Origin: Octopus bimaculoides | Taxonomy: Eukaryota | DNA length: 64,000 bases | Assembly (NCBI RefSeq): GCF_001194135.2 | Contig: NC_068982.1 | Location: 37,334,466 to 37,398,465 of the forward strand | Direction: 5' to 3' | Part shown: positions 12,560 to 24,700 of the stretch, in pieces | Numbering within the stretch: position 1 is the first letter of the stretch | Layout: each line of letters begins with the position of its first letter | Program-made: the position numbers and the translations under genes | The notes under the pieces: generated by a model | What the model saw: only the letters and a program-made list of their open reading frames with translations | Told to the model about the DNA's origin: nothing | The model's database searches: none

Positions 12560-14246
12560 GGGTTTTTTTTGTTTTTTTTTCTAAGAAGGAAGATTAACCA
12601 TTGATACAAAATGTGTGAGACTGTCAGAGTTGTCCTTGTAATTCATTCTGATTAACTATGTTCCTAGTATAAGAACAATTAATTTGACCCTTGGCACCCT
12701 TGTATTTAATGAATTTAATAAAATATCTACTCTGTGACTGACAAAAACCCAGTATATGACTTGTAATTATCATATAGACACCAGAAGGCTTAAAAGATGT
12801 GTGAATTCTTTTTGGTAACATCAAATCCACTGTTTCATTCTGTGAAACTGTTTTTTATAATCCAAATTTATACTTGACCACTAAGTTATTACTACACCTT
12901 TAAACTCCCAGTTGTGAATAGAGCATCTATTGTTAGGCATGCTTCTCAGAGAATTTAATATTTCATGAATTACTTCAAAGAAACATTACTAGGTCAGGTA
13001 TTTATTTGGATTTATTTATAAATACTTTCAGTGGAATAAGTAATATTAAAGACAAGATGATTACTATAATGGTCATCATGCTATTGTTATTAATGACTGC
13101 TACAGTTGTTATGGCAATGATGAAGCATTCCTGCTCCTCCAAGTTTCAGGGGTATGTTGTTCCTGCATATAATGACCACTTTGAGACTACATAATTATAT
13201 CATTGTTTCTTTCTAATCAGTCCATTTCATTTCCTGTTTAAAAATTTCTCCCCATCCACCTATTGGATTGATCAGAATTACTTCTTATGACTTCCGGTGA
13301 TAATAATTGCAAATGGCTGCTGAGAATAAATATGCTTCTCTTTTTCACCTGTTCTACCCCACAACTAACAATGGATCTAGAAGAGATATGTGTGTATCAG
13401 TATAAATATAATGACAATATTTCATTATCTGCTGGCAACCTGTGAGTTTATTTAAGTAGCTAGTTATAGAAGTAATATGAAAAGAAAAAAATGTTTTACT
13501 AAAAGGAAGTGGAGGATGGAATTGTATAAAGCTCATGCTTTTCTCTTGGGCATTAGCAGATGCATTAAGATGAGATTTTTCTTCATTCAGTTTTAATTAA
13601 CATCGGTAAAAACTACTATGAGCTAACAATGAAACCTCTAAATGGTCACTCAACTTACAAGAGAGAGCAGTCTAACTTCCATCAAATTGTCTTTAAAAAT
13701 AGAAAACAAAAAGGAGAAAAGATAACATAACTAGGTACATTAGACTTGCAAAAAGAAAAAAAAAAGAAAAGAAAGACTGAATGGTTAGGACAAGAATGCT
13801 ATCATAGATTTGTTCAGTCAGAACAAATGTATGACTGAACACAGGTTGAATGGCAACAATAATACCATAATTACATAACTGTTATCAAATGGTTAATGAA
13901 TACATGCATGACTCTGTGATTAAGATGTTTGCTTTGCAACCACACAGATGTGGGTTCACTCTCACAGTGCAATGTCTCCTGCTTTAGCTCTAGACCAACT
14001 AATACCTTAAGAAGAAAATTGGTAGACAGAATCTATGAAGAGATTCAATGTGTGTGTGTATAAAATCATTTTAATGGTAGAAGTCCATAAAACCATTATT
14101 ATGTCATATGGAATATTGAGTTTGAAAACCCTTGGATAGGAAAAAGTTGAAGGCTGTCTGTGGGACATAAACCCACATTTTCTGTGGTTATGACAGATGT
14201 GCTACCATCCAAGTGATTTTTTTAACCCAATATTATACATGCTATT

Positions 14247-14452
14247 GGCAGTGAGCTGGCAGAAACATCCACACACTGGGCAAAATGCTTAGTGATATTT
14301 CATCTATCATTATGTTCTGAGTTCATATTTTGTTGAGGTCGACTTTGCCTTTCATCTTTCGGGGTCAATAAATTAAGTACCAGCTGCATACTGGGGTCAA
14401 TGTAATTGACTGGCCCCTTCCCCAAAAATTTTGGGCCTTGTGCCTAGAGTAG
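14247..14452 (+). mobile_element. SINE with a ctttgcctttcatc-tttcggggtc-ataaa-taagtacc core and a 17-bp target-site duplication
   Basis: aatattatacatgctat at 14229-14245 and 14453-14469; B-box-like gagttca; same core at 18845, 51760 and 53057. Confidence 0.88.
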
Positions 14453-15559
14453 AATATTATACATGCTATCATGTATGATTTTATCTATTTCAAGTTCCAC
14501 CATTAAAGCAATTTTGTTCATATTTCTCAAAGTTTGTAAAAGGAAAAAATTCATACAAACATGTACACACATTTATACAAGGCTGGTGCTATGCACTTGG
14601 CAAACAAAGGGATTTATTTGAGTGCTAAAATTTGGAGATGCCACATAAATTTGAGAATCTGGAGAAAACTTAGAGAAAATTTCTTAATCCTAATAAAAAT
14701 ATACAAACTTGGTAACATAAAGTGTAGGTTAGATCACTTCTAGAACAATATTTTTAAAGTAACAGAAAATTGAGCCATCTCCAGCTGAACTATTGTACAA
14801 AAAAAACAAAAAGATTAAGTATTAAAAGCTATTGCTGTGTCCAGGCTGTATTCATGAAATGGTCGGAACTGGGAAAGTGTGGTACACATTGTAGGGTTGA
14901 CATGTGCTGAATAGCCTGGGGCTGCCTCACTATATGTATGTGTTTGCAAAAGAGAAAGAGAGGCATGTGTGCACAGCATGTCTTCATTAGCACCATTAGT
15001 AAAAAATGGTGACAGCATACTTTCCTATAGTTCAGCAGATGTATGAAAATTGGTGGAATGGGAGGAAAACAAAAAAGCTTACTTGAAAAATAAGTAAAGG
15101 TATATGTGTGTACATTTGTGTGTTTGCTAAAAGATATGAAATTAATAAGCACCAAATGGCATGTAGGGAATTCCATTGCACTTGGGAGTTGTCCTTGTTC
15201 AATAACAAGACATATATAGGAATTCAAAATTTTATATATATGTATACTCAATACCAGCAATGCATCTGAAAAAAAAATGTTCAGTAGAATCTTTTTCAGA
15301 TTGATTAAGAATTAAGGTTTCTGGCATAATAGATGCACAGAAGTTAGCAGTTAGAATAAAATGAAATCTTTAATTATTTAGACTTGTAAGATGTAGTTGC
15401 TAATTTCTGTTGTTTAGTTGATCTAATTATTGGTATTGGAATGGTTGTAGTGAATGCATTGTAGTTAGGATAAGAAGTGAACTAATTCAGCAAACTATTG
15501 ACTGATAGTATCAAAATATTTCTCTTCATGCTAAAGGCAGACTCTAAAGCATGTTTAAG

Positions 15560-15930
15560 AAATGTATTGCAGCATGGCTGTGAGATATGACATTGAATAC
15601 AGAAGATATGTAGTGTCTAGAGAAAAATTGATGTTTATTGCCAATGTACATGAAAGGTAGACAAAAAACAAGTGAAATGACAGAATGGCTCAGTATTAAT
15701 AGCTTCAGCCCAAATGTACAAAGAAGACTGTTATGCTAGTATGAATATGTGATTCAAATGGACAACTATTATTGAGTGAAAAAATGGACAACTATTATTG
15801 GGTTAAAAAATGCTTATGAAATAGGAGTATGTTATCAGTATTGGTGATGTCAGATCTCAAGAAAATGGTCCTTGAAGAAGAGGTTACAAAAGACTGAGAC
15901 AGTTTGTAGCATACTGTCTGCTAGCATGAA
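15560..15930 (+). mobile_element. Highly degenerate RTE 3' ORF remnant with a 26-nt internal duplication
   Basis: VLQHGCE, KRRL and DLKKMVLEEEVTKD remnants; aaatggacaactattattg duplicated near 15756-15810. Confidence 0.6.
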
Positions 15931-17924
15931 AAAAAGCATCAAAATGTTGATGACTATATTGTATTTTTGCTATTTTTTATCTGTTAGCCTGATAGTTCTC
16001 TGGACAGTAATTAATGTAACATTGTTTGAAGCCTGAAATTATTCAATACTGTCTGTTGGTGCCATTTTTATTTAATGGTAAATCAATAACTATGATCATC
16101 AGGTGGCTATCTTAACAGTGGAATATCACAAAGATGAACACATATTTACCGAAGGGGTTAGAGTAAAGATAAGAAACAACAAAGAGAAGGGGAGAGAGCA
16201 ATAAAAGTCAAGTGAGGAGTAAGTTGATAAATATAGAGGAAGGAAGAATAAAATTAATAGGCACTAAATGAGATAGAAGGATGAAGAGAGGAAGAGATAG
16301 AAAGTGGGTTAGAGAAAATGCAATAAGACAGTCAAAAGTATTGATCAAAAAGGAATTAGGTAAACCATGAGAGATTGATTGAAAAACAGAAAAATTCAAA
16401 GTAAAAAATAAATAGTTAAATTGTTTTGAACCTGACTTTGATGACTCATGCAACGTGCTCTTTTTTCTTTTTTATTTCCTCCTCTTTCTACAATATTAGC
16501 ATTGCATTCATCTACCCTGTTTATAACTTCTTTTCTTTCTTTTTTTTTTCTCCTGTTTCTCCTGCAGCTATTACTATCCCTATTCTGTTACAGAGATTTG
16601 TCATATTCTTAAGCTATTTTGTTTTAGTGAATCTATGAGGAACTCTTCTGGTTTTCTGATACCTTAAAGCTTATTCTAAATGTGCTCATTTCTCTAATCT
16701 TTTCTACAGTGATAATTTTGTAATAATCCAATTTGCTGTCCCTTTATTCACTAAAATTATAATTATATCTATTAATATAAAAGAACTTGCATCTAATAGA
16801 ACTATTTATACATGAAATAATCAATTTGTGCATGTATCTATTCTTGTTTGCTTGCTTAAACTAATATGTAAAATCTGTTATGAATATTAAATATTTTATA
16901 TTCAAAAATGTATTATTTTATAATTTCTAAGCTTCTGATAATTTAGAAATAAAAATTCTAGTCACATTTTTATTTAGACTTAACCATACTGTACTATATA
17001 ATTATACAAGTAACCATATTCGTCTGGATTTTTTTTTTATTATTATTTAGCTATTAGACAATAATAGAAGTATTAATTCATTTTGAAAATGTTTAAAATA
17101 CTAATTAAAAAATATGACAGGCATAATGAAAAAACACATAAATATCCAAACATTCATATCCACCTGTACATTCTGGAGTGAAAGACATTCGTAAAATGTG
17201 TATATGCAGCAGCCAGGGCCAAATAAAATTTTATAGTTGTATTATGAGGAAAATATGCATAAATATTACAAAGCATATATCGTCTAAATTAGCTAGAATG
17301 TAGTAGCATTTTTAAAAAATCAATTAATACTGTTATCTTATTGGGAATCAACTGATAAAATGACTACTTTAGTGTCAGCACCATACATACATGAGCTTTG
17401 GCAAAGATTAAATTCAACACTTTTATAATACAACTGCATAATTTGTAAGATCTGAGGAGCAGGAATAGCTGTAGATGTGTAAAACTTGTAGCATATAGAT
17501 AGATAAAGACTTCTTGATTACCCCCAGCACATTTTTATTTTATGTGATTTTACAAAAATGGTACTGTTCCATATTTGTGAGCAAAGCAGTATTCTGCAGG
17601 ATATATTTTGTGCCTTAGAAAGGGCCACCATCTATTCAGGACTAAAGTAGTTTTGGTACTTGTAGAGAAACTTTTGCTTTCAGAGAGCAGTTTTACTATT
17701 TTACTAATATGTAGTTTGCATGAATTTATCATTCATAGAGATCATAAAGATTCAAGTTGTCTTGTCCTTCATGAAAGATACTTTAAAAGAATTTGTACAT
17801 CACTGAGCTTGTCTAAGTTGCATGTGAATTACACCAGTTTATGAAAGGTTTGATACCATCTTCATAAGTTTCTGTGTGTGTGTGTGTGTGTGTATTTAGG
17901 AGCACAGTGAACTCACAACCACTA

Positions 17925-18320
17925 TCAAGGTAGAAAAAGAAGAGTATTGCAGAAATAAGGGAACCCTGAGACATACTAGAGTTGATAAATTGGGACTTGA
18001 ATGGAGTTCATCATCAAAAACTGCAATGGAGTGAGCTGACAGAGAACTTTCATTTCATATAGTGAGACAAGGGTAATACCATAGACAGACAGCCGTTCTA
18101 AGTTCTTTGCTAGACTCAGTTGAAGGCTTGCAACATTGCTTTTGAAAAAGTTCTCAAAAGCAAGAAACTACTGGTATGTGGTGCAGAATATTGAGTATCT
18201 AGTAGCTCTGGCACTCCCAAAATCATACTGGGGATTATTGAGAAGGAAAAGTAGCTTGATTTGATAAATGAGATTATTACTTGAGATTGTTTCCAGTACA
18301 TTTGAGATGTTGAAAGTAAC
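17925..18320 (-). mobile_element. Degenerate CR1/L2-like reverse transcriptase remnant
   Basis: Minus-strand fragments LLNNPQYDFGSARAT, LSVYGIT and INSSMSQGSLISAILFFFYLD match the QYGFR, GIT and GVPQGS RT motifs. Confidence 0.7.
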
Positions 18321-18844
18321 TGAAGGCCGGAGATTATCTACCTGAAGGGAAACACTGTTGTGTGTTTAAATAGGTTGTATACATAAACTGTATGCAAATA
18401 TTGCGCACAATAACCTTATACATAGTTTGAACTGTTTTCATGACCCAGTCATCCACATCTAATTTTCTCAGTACTCACCTCTCTACAGAGCAGGGAACTC
18501 TCTCAAATACTTTTCTTGATTAACAAATTCAAAACAGTTATTTCTTTAACTAAAAACACTTGTTTGATGTATGTAAATCCACATATTGATATAAAACTAA
18601 ACTGCATGTTATCCAACTTGGCTTATACTAAACCTACCCCTTTATTGTGACTCTTCTACTTTTTTTAACCTTGTCTCTCAACCTGAAGCCTCTGTAATTC
18701 CCATCTGTAATGCATCTCCTGTAATTTTGTGGCAGTTTAAACTGTTACTACTATTCTAGTTACTATAGTTATTAGGTTATTCAAGTTATTAAGATTAGTA
18801 CTCTGCTTAACACTTAATTATCTATATTAATATTTCACTTGCAT

Positions 18845-19050
18845 AAGAATCATTACCATGCTGGGCAAAATGCTTAATGACATTTTTTTGTCTGTCTTTA
18901 CATTCTGAGTTCAAATGCCACCAGGGCCAACTTTGCCTTTCATCCTTTCGGAGTTGATAAAATAAGTACCAGTTGAGCACTGAAGTCAATGTGATCAACT
19001 AGACCCTACCCCCACCAAATTTGCTGGCCTTGTGCTAAAACTTGCATATA
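18845..19050 (+). mobile_element. SINE, same family as 14247
   Basis: ctgagttcaaat...aactttgcctttcatcctttcggagttgataaaataagtaccag core. Confidence 0.8.
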
Positions 19051-19368
19051 ACCCACTATTTGTTACCAGCAATTGTCCATTCATCTTTTTGAAGCCCTCA
19101 AACAAAGAAATATATAGTGAAAGGATTTTCAATTTCCGCATCTCCCTTTTACGTCTACATGACTGTAACTCATCATAGCAGTTCTTCAAATGGAAACTCT
19201 TTTTTTTCTTCTTTCCTTTACCTTTGTAACACCCAGCAAATAAATGGTTACATAAGGTCCACTTTATTGTTGCTTGCTTGCTATCTTATTGATAGTGACT
19301 TTTAATGAAAAGAAAAATAAATGCTGTTGCATGTAAATGTCATTAAATTAATACTTTTTATTTTACAG

Positions 19369-19526
19369 ATGTCGAAGGGTTAACTGCTTTAGATATGTCC
19401 CCTGAAAGAGAGGCACATTACCTAATCCGGAAGATTCGAAGACAAGTGAGATTAGTCAATCGCAAATGGGCAGAAATTAATCAAAGTTGCAATGAATGGC
19501 AATCACAAATTGATGAAGTCCTTGAG
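19369..19526 (+). CDS. DMD: Dystrophin exon, 5' part of human exon 59, phase 1 to 0
   Basis: ttacag/gtaaga borders; (D)VEGLTALDMSPEREAHYLIRKIRRQVRLVNRKWAEINQSCNEWQSQIDEVLE. Confidence 0.94.
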
Positions 19527-19655
19527 GTAAGATAAACAACATTTTTTTCTGTTCTTTTCTACTTCTACTAACAGTTAAGCCACTTTGAGCAGAATAAGTG
19601 AATATAAAGATTGTTCTATATGCATCTAGGGAACTCTGAGATTGTACCTATGTGT

Positions 19656-19695
<40 letters not shown>

Positions 19696-19866
19696 CGCGC
19701 ACACACACATCTGTTTGCCTATTTGTCTCTATCTATCTGTCTGTCTATCTATCCATCCCAAAGAAATCTATGTTGTCTGTACATATTTCCAATGGCTTCA
19801 CTTTCAGTTTATGCATACAGTATAGCATACAGCGAGCAACCCTAACTCTCTTTGTTTTTACTATGC

Positions 19867-19899
<33 letters not shown>

Positions 19900-19919
19900 C
19901 TTAATATGTGTGTATATGC

Positions 19920-20330
19920 ATTGGGCAGGTGTCTTCTGCTGTAACCCAGGCTGATTAATGCCTTGTGTGTGAGTTTGCTGGATAATGAAGACTTGTTGAA
20001 TAAAAAATACCTTACTTCTAAAACATGTAAGGGTTGGTATCAGAAAGAGTACCCAGCTGTAAAATCCTGCTTCAAATACATCTCTGCTCAACCTACAGTT
20101 CCATGGAAAGCTGGACATTGAAGAAGTGACCTCACTAGAGCTGGTGACATGGAAAAGCACCCAGTGCACTCTGTAAAGTTGTTGGCATTAGGAAAGGTTT
20201 CCATCTGTAGAAACCATGCCAAAACAGGCATTGATACTCAATGAAGTCTTATGACTTATCAGATCTTCTCAAACTGTCCAACCCATGCCAGTATGGAATG
20301 TGGACAATAACTGTTGATAACAATAATGAT
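19920..20330 (+). mobile_element. Degenerate composite SINE with RTE-type 3' tail
   Basis: ttgggcaggtgtcttctgct core, then ggcattaggaaagg, aactgtccaacccatgccagtatgg and gataacaataatgat tail. Confidence 0.65.
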
Positions 20331-21270
20331 ATATACATATGAGCTAACACAGTAACCTCTACATGGTTGCTCAGCCTGCTAGAGCATAAGTATTACCTTT
20401 CAATTTGAGTGTTAACATTAGTACACACACATGCACACACACATTCATATTCAAGACCAACAATATGTAATTATTGAAATTTAAGGATTAAATCAATTGC
20501 ATTAGCCTAGAACAAGGTCACTAACAATAACAGGATATTAAATTTTGATTTGTAATGCTAATAAAACCACAGCAATTCTGAGCCATGGCTATCTAATCAC
20601 TTGGCTGCTACATTTACTATTTCAGGAATTTAATTAAAAATACTCATATTACTTTGCTTCCATTGCAAGTACTTTATATCATCATCATTAGTTACATCTT
20701 TTGATGGTTTCTTTTTTTAATCTTTTTATGGTAACTTAGATCAGACAAATCATGCAATATCATCTTCTCTATGTTTTTCTGTGAGTATTCTCTCTAGTTA
20801 TACCCAGTATTATTATCCGTGTATTTATCAGCCTATTTCTTTTCTGGCAACAACTTTTTGTCATTTCTTTACTAAACTTAAATCTTTTTTTTTTTGTGTT
20901 CTTTGTCTTTCACCTTTCTCCTTTCTGCTCTAAATCAGTTAATCTATTTGTCTATCCATCCCCATTCCACCCCTTTCTCTTAATCAATCAAATAATAGAT
21001 TTATAATACAGAGGATCATGAAAGGTAATTCTTTTGTCTTGAAAATTTCTCTTTGACTTTTCATAATTTCAGTCATGCATAAATTGCACTTCTATCATAT
21101 GTGTTACTATGTTAGTCTCTCAAATGAATTAACAGTCCATTTATCAGTAAAAACAAGAGGCCCTCTTAAAATATGATCCAACTGCTCCAAACTTTTGTCA
21201 CTTTTCTATCTATCACCTTTAGTGCCTAAATAACAAGGAAAAATACTAACCTTTAGTCAATGACGGAACT

Positions 21271-21762
21271 TCATCATCATCATCATCATCGTTTAACGTC
21301 CGCTTTCCATGCTAGCATGGGTTGGACGATTTGACTGAGGACTGGTGAAACCGGATGGCAACACCAGGCTCCAGTCTGATTTGGCAGAGTTTCTACAGCT
21401 GGATGCCCTTCCTAACGCCAACCACTCAGAGAGTGTAGTGGGTGCTTTTACGTGTCACCCGCACGAAAACGGCCACGCTCGAAATGGTGTCTTTTATGTG
21501 CCACCCGCACAAGCCAGTCCAGGGGCACTGGCAACGATCTCGCTCGAAAATCCTACAGGAGCCAGTCAGGCGGTACTGGCAACGGCCACGCTCAAAATGG
21601 TGCATCTCATGTGCCACCCGCACAAGAACCAGTCCAGGGGCACTGGCAACGATCTTACTTGGCTTGCCGGGTCTTCTCACGCACAGCCCATTTCCAAAGG
21701 TCTCGGTCCGTAGTCATCGCCTCGGTGAGGCCCAATGTACGAAGGTCTTGCCTCACCACCTC
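21271..21762 (-). mobile_element. Young RTE 3' end (ORF C-terminus, 3' UTR with internal duplication, (GAT)n tail)
   Basis: Minus frame EVVRQDLRTLGLTEAMTTDRDLWKWAVREKTRQAK*; tail ggaaagcggacgttaaacgatgatgatg; CpGs retained. Confidence 0.88.
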
Positions 21763-24700
21763 TATCTAGCATTTCACCCTACCATCTTGAAAATGAAAAG
21801 ATACATTATTGTTGCCCCTAACATATCAAAAGATGTGATAGACCTGGCTGGATATTACATTTTTAATGATAGTCTGCTTGATCAGAACTAAACAAGGGCT
21901 AAACAATAAAAACTTAATGCCAATCTACAGTGTATAAAGTAACAAATGATGCTGTTTGTAACTGCTTCTTACATTTGATATGGTTTTTAGTTCACCGCTT
22001 GTATTGACCATATAGAACATAATTTGTATGTTGCCACTTCCTACCTTACGATAGCTGCCTTCCTGATAGTAGGAAACAGAATTCAGTCTGCTAAACACTT
22101 TACTTCAATATTTCTTTTAACAGGTTTCAAACTATTGTCAATGCTGAATTGATAATAAAAATCAGGTCAGCTTCAAATAGAAGTTCTCTTATACAACCAT
22201 CTCTTAAAAGCATTCTATAGGATTGTATGGGAAAAATGAAAGGTTTATGTTACAAGTCATTTGTAAATATCTGTGCCACATAATTTATATGATTCACCAC
22301 TATCATAAATTTATATTTTTAAGATATACAACTAAATGATATATAAGTTGTGGAAGCATGAAAATGAATGCCAAATTGTGTGGGCAGAGTGAAGATTTGT
22401 AATGTTAACCAAATATATTTTGATAGCTGCACTTCATTAATGCATTGGCTAGGTGGAGGAAACAAAATCTGACATTGAATTTCTTCTGCATAAATGTACA
22501 ACACTTTCAGAGAGACCTTTTATGCGAGTTGGCCTATCTTCTGATGTAGCAATTATTTCTTTCTTCAAATGAATATATCACTGTCTTATTCAAAATAAGA
22601 TAGCCGTGACTAGAAAACAAATCAGGAAACACAAATTAGCTTAACTCTTCTGCATTAAAGCTTCAGGAATCATTTTTTACCAGATAAAAAAGGGATGTGC
22701 TATTATTTAAAATTCTGTGAAAATATCTAAAGCTTTACAGGTAAAGAAGTGTGTGTGTGTGTGTGCATGGATGTATGTTTATGAAGAAATTAGGCCTGTC
22801 TTCTATCTAGCAGAAAAATGGCAAACTGGTGAATCAACCCAGTTGTCTTAGGATTATTATTTATGAAAAGAACACTAGGCCAATCAACAACCTTATCTTC
22901 TGAGTCAGACTGATATCCAGTGTGAGATCATATACACCTTCCCTACTAAACACACACCTGTTAAGTGTTTGTCAATAATTTTCATTCACAAAACAATTCA
23001 TTTGTTTTTCAGGATTTCTATGTTTAAATGTTTTATTTGTATTTTAGTTTATTTTATTGATCTAACAAGTGCAATGTTAAGGCAACTTCTGCAATCGATT
23101 TAATGGATGCAATTCTGGTGCAACTTCAATGCAATTACAAAAGAAAAAAATACTTAACTAAATTATATCAATTTTCATTTTGGTTTTCATTGAAATTCAA
23201 TTATAATTTCATTTTATTTTCTATCAGCCTTCATTTCATATCTCCACTTCTACATTGTTCCATTACACTCATGTCTCATCTCTCTATCTTACTCTCTTTT
23301 ACTTCTCCTTTTTCCTTCCATTCCTGCCTCTTTTCCCTCCTCTGCCTTTATCCCTCATTTAGCACCACCACCCCTTTCCATTCTCTATCATTTCTCACTT
23401 CCACTCATTATTTTACTTTCCCCCCATTCTTTTTCTGTCCAAATTCCTATCTGTTTCTTTCTCTTTTATTACTCCCATATTTTTATCTTTCACTTTTAGC
23501 CCTTCTCTTCCTTTCCCCTCTCTGTATATCACCTCCCCCATCGAATCACTTCTTTTTTCATTCAATCCCCCTTTTTTCATACACTTGTTACAAATTCTTT
23601 TGCTTTCATGTTTTTCCTTCTTTTTTTTCTTTTCTGAGCTTTTCTCTCTGCCCAATATTCTTTCTACATACTAGGCAACTTTTTTTTTGTACCTGAGTGG
23701 TGGGGAGTCTCTGCTGAGGGTTCCTATTTGTTTCACATTATATCTTTCTTGTCACTTAGTAATTATCCAGTACACTATTTTACATCTTTTATTCAATCAT
23801 TTTTTTTTTAATATACTAATTAGCATGTTTACTGCCCTTTAACTTGACTTTAGCTTTCTGAGTACACCTGAAATCAGAACTATTGTTAATGAAAAATAAT
23901 AATAATCTCACTTATTTTTGCAACCAGTCATCCAGTAAGGTTTCCTTGTATTAGCTTCAAATGAAAATTGTAAAAATTATAAATACTAAACTTGTCTGTA
24001 AAAAGAAAAAAAAAATCTCTTAGGGGGTTTTTGTCTCTACATATACACATACACACACATGTGTGCATACACACACTTTATTATAATCTGAATTTAATAT
24101 CGTTTTCTAACTTAAAAGTTTTATTTCCTAACTACTTCTGATCACTGAAAGCTTGATCATTAATTTATTCCTTTATAAACCACATTTCACTTCCCATATT
24201 TTCTGCTTATATATATGTATGTTTGTGTGTGTGCTTACTCAATGACTGACTAAAGCCTTCAGAAGAACAGAAGATATCTGAAAGTTCTTTCAAGTCTCAC
24301 ACAGAGCCAGGATTGTAAACTTATACTCTGTAAAGTGTTTGTTTTGTTGCTGGAACCATTGCCATACTCATAAATGTCAAGTTACCTCTGTAGTAGTCCT
24401 GTTCTTATCTTAACAACTCAGTGCTTTTTTATTTATCAGTTTTCAGTGTAGCAAGTATAAATATACTTATTTTTGGTTAAAAGTTTTCACTGCATGTTCC
24501 CTTCATTCTTCATGATTTCTTCTTCATAAAGTTTTGCACTACCAAAAATTGAAAAGCCATATTTGTATGCTAATTCAACGTCAGTGTTTTTACTCTATTA
24601 TTAATTCATCACCAGAAAAATACTAGCTGTATCTCTGCTGATATCATATGTCTTGAAATGTAATTAAAGAGTGAAATTTTGTTTGAATATATTTCTTAAT

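Noticed and set aside
23103-23696. 197-aa hydrophobic ORF
   Set aside because: Low-complexity C/T-rich tract giving F/L/S bias; not a membrane protein signature.
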